Below are positions 58,960-64,000 of a DNA stretch of 64,000 nucleotides, piece by piece. Under the pieces are notes generated by a model that saw nothing but the letters and a program-made list of their open reading frames with translations, made no database searches and was not told the origin of the DNA. Each line of letters starts with the position of its first letter. Within the stretch, counting starts at the first letter, position 1. The position numbers and the translations under genes are program-made. The stretch covers positions 1 through 64,000 of the forward strand of contig JBKBRF010000035.1 of assembly GCA_046292385.1 (NCBI GenBank). Direction: 5' to 3'. This DNA comes from Armatimonadota bacterium. GTDB taxonomy: Bacteria; Armatimonadota; SYMT01.

Positions 58960-59608
58960 TGATTCTATGGGGGTATGACCCCCGAGAAGCTCACTTCCGC
59001 TTACCAAGCCATCTCTCCCCCTTTCTAAACGAACGCTTCAAGCGGTTGTTGGCCGTCATGCTGGCCCGCTCCTACGGCCTCGGCGGCGTCACCTTATTCC
59101 ACGCGGGCCGCGGGCGTAGCTCGCTCCACCATCGAGCGCGGCTTGACGGAACTGGAGCAGTGGGAGTGGGGAGAAGCACTCGCGGGGGACCGGGTCCGCC
59201 GGCCGGGGGGAGGACGCAAGCGCGTCACCGACACCGTTCCCGAGCTCGACGCGGCACTGTCCGCGCTGGTCGACCCCGTGACCCGCGGTGACCCGGAGAG
59301 CCCCCTGGTCTGGGTAGCCAAGAGTACCCGGGCGCTGGCGGCCGCGCTTCGGGAGCAGGGCTATCAGCTCAGCCACGAAACGGTTCGTCAATGGCTCCTC
59401 CAGCACGGCTTTACCCTACAGTCTACGCGCAAGACCACGGAAGGCAAGCAGCACCCGGACCGCAACGCGCAGTTCGAGTATTGGCCCAGCAGGTCCGGAA
59501 GTTCCCGCAGACCTTTCACCCGGAGTGGAACTACGTGATCGTGCCCCGGTCAGAGCTGCCCGACTGGACAGACAGCCCTGAAGCACTTGTTACTTGACGG
59601 GTCCTTAG
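58960..59608 (+). mobile_element. ISAzo13-family transposase pseudogene with frameshift and large internal deletion
   Basis: LNER..RL, RVRRPGGGRK, TRGDPESPL.W..KS, KT.EG..HPDRNAQFEY, then jumps at ~59481 to terminal FHPEWNYVI.PR. Confidence 0.85.
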
Positions 59609-59609
59609 C

Positions 59610-60115
59610 AATTCGGTTCTCCCATGAGTCGGCGATCGCCAGCTCTACTTCGGTTCTCGCTGTCGCCCACTTCTGGCGCGACCGTCGCTCGACTACCGAC
59701 GAGCTTCCAGACGATGGCGCGGTAGGGATCGTAGTGGCGGAGAAGGCCGGCAGCGTCGCTTCGGCACGGGTCACCCGCGCGCAGAAGCGATAGCTCGGCA
59801 GGTGCACCAGATCCTGCGCGTCGAAGCACAGCGCCAACTCCTTCGCGAGCCGGGCAGTATCTGGCGCCCCCACCCGGAAGACCGCGTCCGAGATCCCCGG
59901 CGGCACCTGGTCCAGGTACTGGTGCGAGAGGGTGAGGGAGAGCCGGTACTTTCGGGCTTCCGAGAGGATCGAGACGAAGGCGTCGTTGCCCAAGTGCTGA
60001 AACTCGTCCACGCCGGGGAAGAAGTCCCGCCGCGCCTCCTCCGGCACGTCCGCGCGACTCATCGCGGCGAGCTGAAAGCCGGCGACGAGCAGACCTCCGA
60101 GCGAGCGCACCGGAC
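59610..60115 (-). pseudogene. C-terminal fragment of a VirD4/TraG-like (type IV coupling/HerA-like) ATPase
   Basis: LAAMSRAD.PEE.RRDFF..VDEFQH, ILSEARKYRLSLTLSHQYLDQ, FRVGAPD; no Walker A region. Confidence 0.78.
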
Positions 60116-60184
60116 CTCTCCAGCATTGGAGTGCAGCGGTAGAGGGGTGGCGGCAGCATCTTCTGCTGGCGGGCGTAGGGACAG

Positions 60185-60221
60185 CAAAACGGCCGCGGGA
60201 GAGCTGGTCTCCCACGGCCGT
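60185..60221 (-). terminator. leuD intrinsic terminator containing the right 20-bp direct repeat
   Basis: Minus strand ACGGCCGTGGGAGACCAGCTCTCCCGCGGCCGT followed by TTT. Confidence 0.75.
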
Positions 60222-60246
60222 GTTCCTTTGCCGAGCGCGGGTGGTG

Positions 60247-60867
60247 CTACGCCGCGGCGGGGGCGACCTCCGGGTGCGCCTGCTCGTAGGAGCCGATCGC
60301 GCCGGCGTGCTGCAGGGTGAGGCCGATTTCGTCGAGGCCCTGGAGCAGCATCTCCCGGGAGCCGTCCGGGACGGCGAAGCTCTCGGTGACGTCGCCGCCC
60401 GGAAGGTGGGCGGTGACGGTGCGGGTTTCCAGGTCGATCGTGATCTCGCCGGTCCCGGCCTGGAACAGCCGCTCGGCAAATTCCGGGGTCACTTCCACCG
60501 GCAGCAGCCCGTTCTTGTAGCTGTTGTTCCGGAAGATGTCCGCGAAGCCGGGGGTCGCGCCGACCCGCGGCGCCACCACGGCGCGGAAGCCGGCCTGGGA
60601 GATCGCCCAGACCGCGTGCTCCCGGCTGGAGCCGCAGCCGAAGTTCTGGCGCGCCACCAGCACGGAGGCGCCTTCCGCCTCGGGGCGGTTGGTGGTGAAC
60701 TCCGGCACGGGGACGCCGTCCTTCTGCTTCAGGTCCATGAAGAGCAGCTCGCCGTAGCCGACTCGCTCGATCTTCTTCAGGTAGCGGGCAGGAATGATCG
60801 CGTCGGTATCAGTGTTGGCGCGGTCCAGGGTGATGAATTTGCCGCGGTGCTTAACGAATGGCTCCAT
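60247..60867 (-). CDS. leuD: 3-isopropylmalate dehydratase small subunit
   Basis: NTDTDAIIPARYLK, NFGCGSSREHAVWA, FADIFRNN..NGLL, GLDEIGLTL. Confidence 0.96.
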   Translation of the reverse strand: MEPFVKHRGKFITLDRANTDTDAIIPARYLKKIERVGYGELLFMDLKQKDGVPVPEFTTNRPEAEGASVLVARQNFGCGSSREHAVWAISQAGFRAVVAPRVGATPGFADIFRNNSYKNGLLPVEVTPEFAERLFQAGTGEITIDLETRTVTAHLPGGDVTESFAVPDGSREMLLQGLDEIGLTLQHAGAIGSYEQAHPEVAPAAA

Positions 60868-60884
60868 CGCTCTTCTCCTCCTGA

Positions 60885-62297
60885 TCAGCCCAGCGGCTCG
60901 AGCTCGCGGACGTCGACGAAGTGTCCCGCCACCGCGGCGGCGGCGGCCATCTCCGGGCTCACCAGGTGGGTGCGGCCCCCGATGCCCTGCCGGCCCTCGA
61001 AGTTGCGGTTGCTGGTGCTGGCGCTGCGCTGCTGCGGCTTCAGCTGGTCCGGGTTCATCCCCAGGCACATGCTGCAGCCCGCCTGCCGCCACTCCGCGCC
61101 CGCCTCGGTGAAGATCCGGTCCAGCCCCTCGCGCTCGGCTTCGGCGCGGACCTGCTGGGAGCCGGGGACCACCAGCACCTGCACGCCCGGCGCCACGCGG
61201 CGGCCCTTCAAGATCTGGGCGGCGGCGCGAAGGTCGTCGATGCGGCTGTTGGTGCAGGAGCCGATGAAGACGACGTCGACCCCGATCTCCTGGATCGGCT
61301 GGCCCGCTTCCAGGCCCATGTAGCGGAGCGCGCGCTCCACGTCGCTCGGGTTGACGAACGGCACTTCCTCCGGCTGCGGGACCCGCGCGGTGACGTCAGT
61401 GGTCATCGAGGGGCTGGTGCCCCAGGTCACCTGCGGCACCAGCTCGCCGGCATCCAGGGTGTAGGTGGTGTCGAAGACGGCATCGGCGTCGGTCGCCAGC
61501 GTGCGCCAGTACTCGATCGCCCGCTCCAGCTCGGCCCCGCGCGGCGCAAACGGGCGGTCGCCCTCAGCCACGTAGGCGAAAGTGGTCTCGTCCGGCGCGA
61601 TCAGCCCGGCGCGGGCGCCCGCCTCGATCGACATGTTGCAGATCGTCATCCGGCCGGCCATGTTCAGCCGCCGGATCAGCTCGCCGCGGAACTCGATCAC
61701 GTGTCCGGTGGCGCCGCCCGTGCCGATGTCGCGGATCACGCGGAGGATGACGTCCTTCGCGGTTACGCCGAGCGGCAGCTCCCCGTTCACCTCGATCGAA
61801 TAGGTCTTCGACTTCACCGAGCGGAGCGTCTGCGTCGCCATGACGTGCTCCACTTCGCTGGTGCCGATCCCGAACGCCAGGCTGCCGAAGGCGCCGTGGG
61901 TGGAGGTGTGGCTGTCGCCGCAGACGATCGTCTGTCCGGGGAGCGTGATCCCCAGCTCCGGCCCGATGACGTGGACGATCCCCTGCTTGTCGCTCTCCAT
62001 GCCGAAGTAGCGGACGCCGAACTCCTCGCAGTTGCGCTTCAGCGTGGTGATCTGCGTGCGGGAGAGGATGTCCTGGACGTTCAGGCGGTCGCCGTCGGTC
62101 GGGACGTTGTGGTCCGCCGTGGCGAAGGTGAGGTCGGGCCGGCGGAGCTTCCGCCCGGAGAGCCGCAGGCCGTCGAACGCCTGCGGGCTGGTCACCTCGT
62201 GGACCAGGTGGCGGTCCACGTAGAGGAGCGTCTCACCGGAGGGGAGCTCCGTCACGGTGTGCGCGTCCCAGATCTTCTCGTAAAGTGTTTTTCCCAT
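60885..62297 (-). CDS. leuC: 3-isopropylmalate dehydratase large subunit
   Basis: [60 protein letters not shown]. Confidence 0.97.
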   Translation of the reverse strand: MGKTLYEKIWDAHTVTELPSGETLLYVDRHLVHEVTSPQAFDGLRLSGRKLRRPDLTFATADHNVPTDGDRLNVQDILSRTQITTLKRNCEEFGVRYFGMESDKQGIVHVIGPELGITLPGQTIVCGDSHTSTHGAFGSLAFGIGTSEVEHVMATQTLRSVKSKTYSIEVNGELPLGVTAKDVILRVIRDIGTGGATGHVIEFRGELIRRLNMAGRMTICNMSIEAGARAGLIAPDETTFAYVAEGDRPFAPRGAELERAIEYWRTLATDADAVFDTTYTLDAGELVPQVTWGTSPSMTTDVTARVPQPEEVPFVNPSDVERALRYMGLEAGQPIQEIGVDVVFIGSCTNSRIDDLRAAAQILKGRRVAPGVQVLVVPGSQQVRAEAEREGLDRIFTEAGAEWRQAGCSMCLGMNPDQLKPQQRSASTSNRNFEGRQGIGGRTHLVSPEMAAAAAVAGHFVDVRELEPLG

Positions 62298-62409
62298 CGG
62301 CTCTCTCCGTGGAGACGTTCCGGCAGACCGGGCGCGCTTGCCCTCCCCCGGACTCAGGACTCCCACCCCACTGTAGCGGAAGAGGTATGATAATTCCAGA
62401 GGCGGATTT

Positions 62410-62437
62410 GCTATCTATTTGATAGCTGAGGATTATC
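62410..62437. promoter_or_regulatory. Putative LysR binding site
   Basis: GCTATC-N5-GATAGC palindrome and ATAG-N7-TTAT (T-N11-A type) between divergent leuC and lysR. Confidence 0.55.
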
Positions 62438-62438
62438 G

Positions 62439-63362
62439 ATGGAGCTCTTCCAACTCCGGTACTTCGTCGCCGCCGCGCGCCGGCTCCACTTCCGCCGGGC
62501 GGCGGAGGAGCTTTACGTCTCGCAGCCGAGCCTGTCGCAGCAGATCGCGCGGCTGGAAGGGGAGCTGGGGACGCCGCTCTTCCACCGGCGGGGGCGCGGA
62601 GTCGTCTTGAGCGACGCGGGCGAGGCGCTCTTGCCGCTGGCGGAGCGGCTGCTGGAGGGAGAGGCGGAGGCGCGGCGGATCGTGCAGCAGGTGGCGGGTC
62701 TGGAGCGCGGGCGGCTCTCCCTCTGCGCGCTGCCGGCGCTCGATCAGCACCTGCTGCCGGGCTGGCTCGCCGCCTTCCGCCGGGAGCACCCGGAGGTGGA
62801 GATCCGGGTCCGGGAGCTGCGTCCCGCCCGGGCGGTGGCGGAGGCGGTGCGGGAGGGGCACGCCGACCTCGGCTTCGTCCACTTCCCCTGCGACACCGAA
62901 GGGCTCTCGTCGCGGCCGCTGCTCCAGGACCCGCTGGTACTGGTAGTGCCGCGGGCGCATCCGCTCGCCAGCCGGGAGGCAGTCCCGCTGATCGAGGCGG
63001 CGGGCGAAGACTGGGTCTGGGTCCACGAGGCCCAGGAGCCGGAGCACCCGCTCTACGCCGCGTGCCTGCGGGCCGGCTTTACCCCGCGCGTGGTCTGCGA
63101 GAGCGGCAGCGCCCAGGGAGTGCTGGCCCTGGTGGAAGCGGAGCTCGGAATCGCGCTGCTGCCCCGGCTCGCGGTCGAGGCTCGAGCGGGCGTGTGCGTC
63201 GTACCGCTGCAGGACGACGGCGCGGCGCGCACCTTGGCGGTGATCTGGGACCCGGAGCGGCTCAGCCACGCCGCGGCCGCGTTCCTGCGCCGCTGCCGGC
63301 CCGGGGAGGTGATTAACGGCTCACTGCCGGGTCCAGGGCAGGGAGCGGCGCGGAGGTCTTGA
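62439..63362 (+). CDS. LysR family transcriptional regulator
   Basis: MELFQLRYF..HFRRAAEELYVSQPSLSQQIARLEGELG.PLF. Confidence 0.95.
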   Translation: MELFQLRYFVAAARRLHFRRAAEELYVSQPSLSQQIARLEGELGTPLFHRRGRGVVLSDAGEALLPLAERLLEGEAEARRIVQQVAGLERGRLSLCALPALDQHLLPGWLAAFRREHPEVEIRVRELRPARAVAEAVREGHADLGFVHFPCDTEGLSSRPLLQDPLVLVVPRAHPLASREAVPLIEAAGEDWVWVHEAQEPEHPLYAACLRAGFTPRVVCESGSAQGVLALVEAELGIALLPRLAVEARAGVCVVPLQDDGAARTLAVIWDPERLSHAAAAFLRRCRPGEVINGSLPGPGQGAARRS

Positions 63363-64000
63363 TCCCGCGCTTCACCCCGTCCCAACGGTAGAGGTGCTGG
63401 CGCTCAAGGGGCGGCTCGCCGGGCACGAAGGTCAGCTCCCAGGCGGAGGCATCCCGCCGCGTGCTTAGCGGCCCGATGAAGTTGCCCAGGCTGTAGTGGA
63501 TCAGGCCGCTCCCATAGCGCTCTACCGGCCCGAGGCAGTGCGTGTGATGGCCGATCACCACCTCCGCGCCCCAATCGATGAGGCGGCGTCCCAGCCGCTG
63601 CTGCTTCTCCGTCGCGCCGGGGTAGAGCTCCTTTCCCCAGTGGACGGAGACGAGCACGTGGTCCGCCTGCTCCCGCGCTTCCCGGATCGCGGCCGGCATG
63701 CGGGATTCGAACTCGGCGCCGCGCGCGGGAGCGACTCCCGGGCTGCGCGCGGTCGCCCAGCTTCCGAGCGGAAGCACGTCCGAGATCGCGAAGAGCGCGA
63801 AGGTCTGGCCGTTCCGCTCGAAGTAGACCGGCGCGAAGGCGGAATCCAGCTCCTCCCCGGCGCCGACGGGTGTAACCCCCGCACCGGTCAGTGCCGCCAG
63901 CGTATCCCGCAGCGCCTCCGGACCGTAATCCATCGTGTGGTTGTTAGCGAGGGAGACGTAGTCGAAGCCGGCCCGGCTCAGCCCGGCCGCCGCGATCGGA
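63313..64000 (-). CDS. CapA family metallophosphoesterase (5' part outside window)
   Basis: SLANNHTMDYG, VSVHWGKE, VIGHHTH, YSLGNF. Confidence 0.88.
   Translation of the reverse strand, partial: PIAAAGLSRAGFDYVSLANNHTMDYGPEALRDTLAALTGAGVTPVGAGEELDSAFAPVYFERNGQTFALFAISDVLPLGSWATARSPGVAPARGAEFESRMPAAIREAREQADHVLVSVHWGKELYPGATEKQQRLGRRLIDWGAEVVIGHHTHCLGPVERYGSGLIHYSLGNFIGPLSTRRDASAWELTFVPGEPPLERQHLYRWDGVKRGIKTSAPLPALDPAVSR

Noticed and set aside
59550..60479. 309-aa ORF as an intact gene
   Set aside because: Its N-terminal part is an alternative frame over leuD and its terminator; only the distal half is a genuine ATPase fragment

Overview
High-GC bacterial chromosomal window. The mix of planctomycete-type DUF1549/DUF1553 and cytochrome c-WD40 proteins with DUF881, a yugG/yugH-like pair and futalosine-pathway-type ubiA/ubiD suggests an Armatimonadota-like or similar under-studied lineage; this is inference only. 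Most of the window is housekeeping and metabolic: a hydroxyproline-type catabolic cluster, Lrp plus aminotransferase, MFS, old yellow enzyme, a vapBC-like pair, rdgB, coxM/coxS-like genes, ltaE-glyA, atl, dgt, pyrF, rnhA, cdsA, tRNA-Pro(TGG), ppaC, GT2, an ABC-2 exporter, dedA, leuCD with LysR, and a partial capA. Four things stand out. (1) A ~5.3 kb lower-GC island (54857-60204) bounded by a 20-bp direct repeat that coincides with the leuD terminator. It carries two orphan Rhs toxin/immunity modules, a relic toxin tip with its retained immunity paralog, ISAzo13 debris and a VirD4-like fragment. (2) Two secreted lysyl-oxidase-like paralogs, one intact and one with every copper-site histidine replaced. 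(3) Several families of intergenic REP/MITE-like repeats. (4) A 59-aa excisionase-like HTH ORF absent from the ORF track. All calls come from motif recognition by eye; no searches were run.
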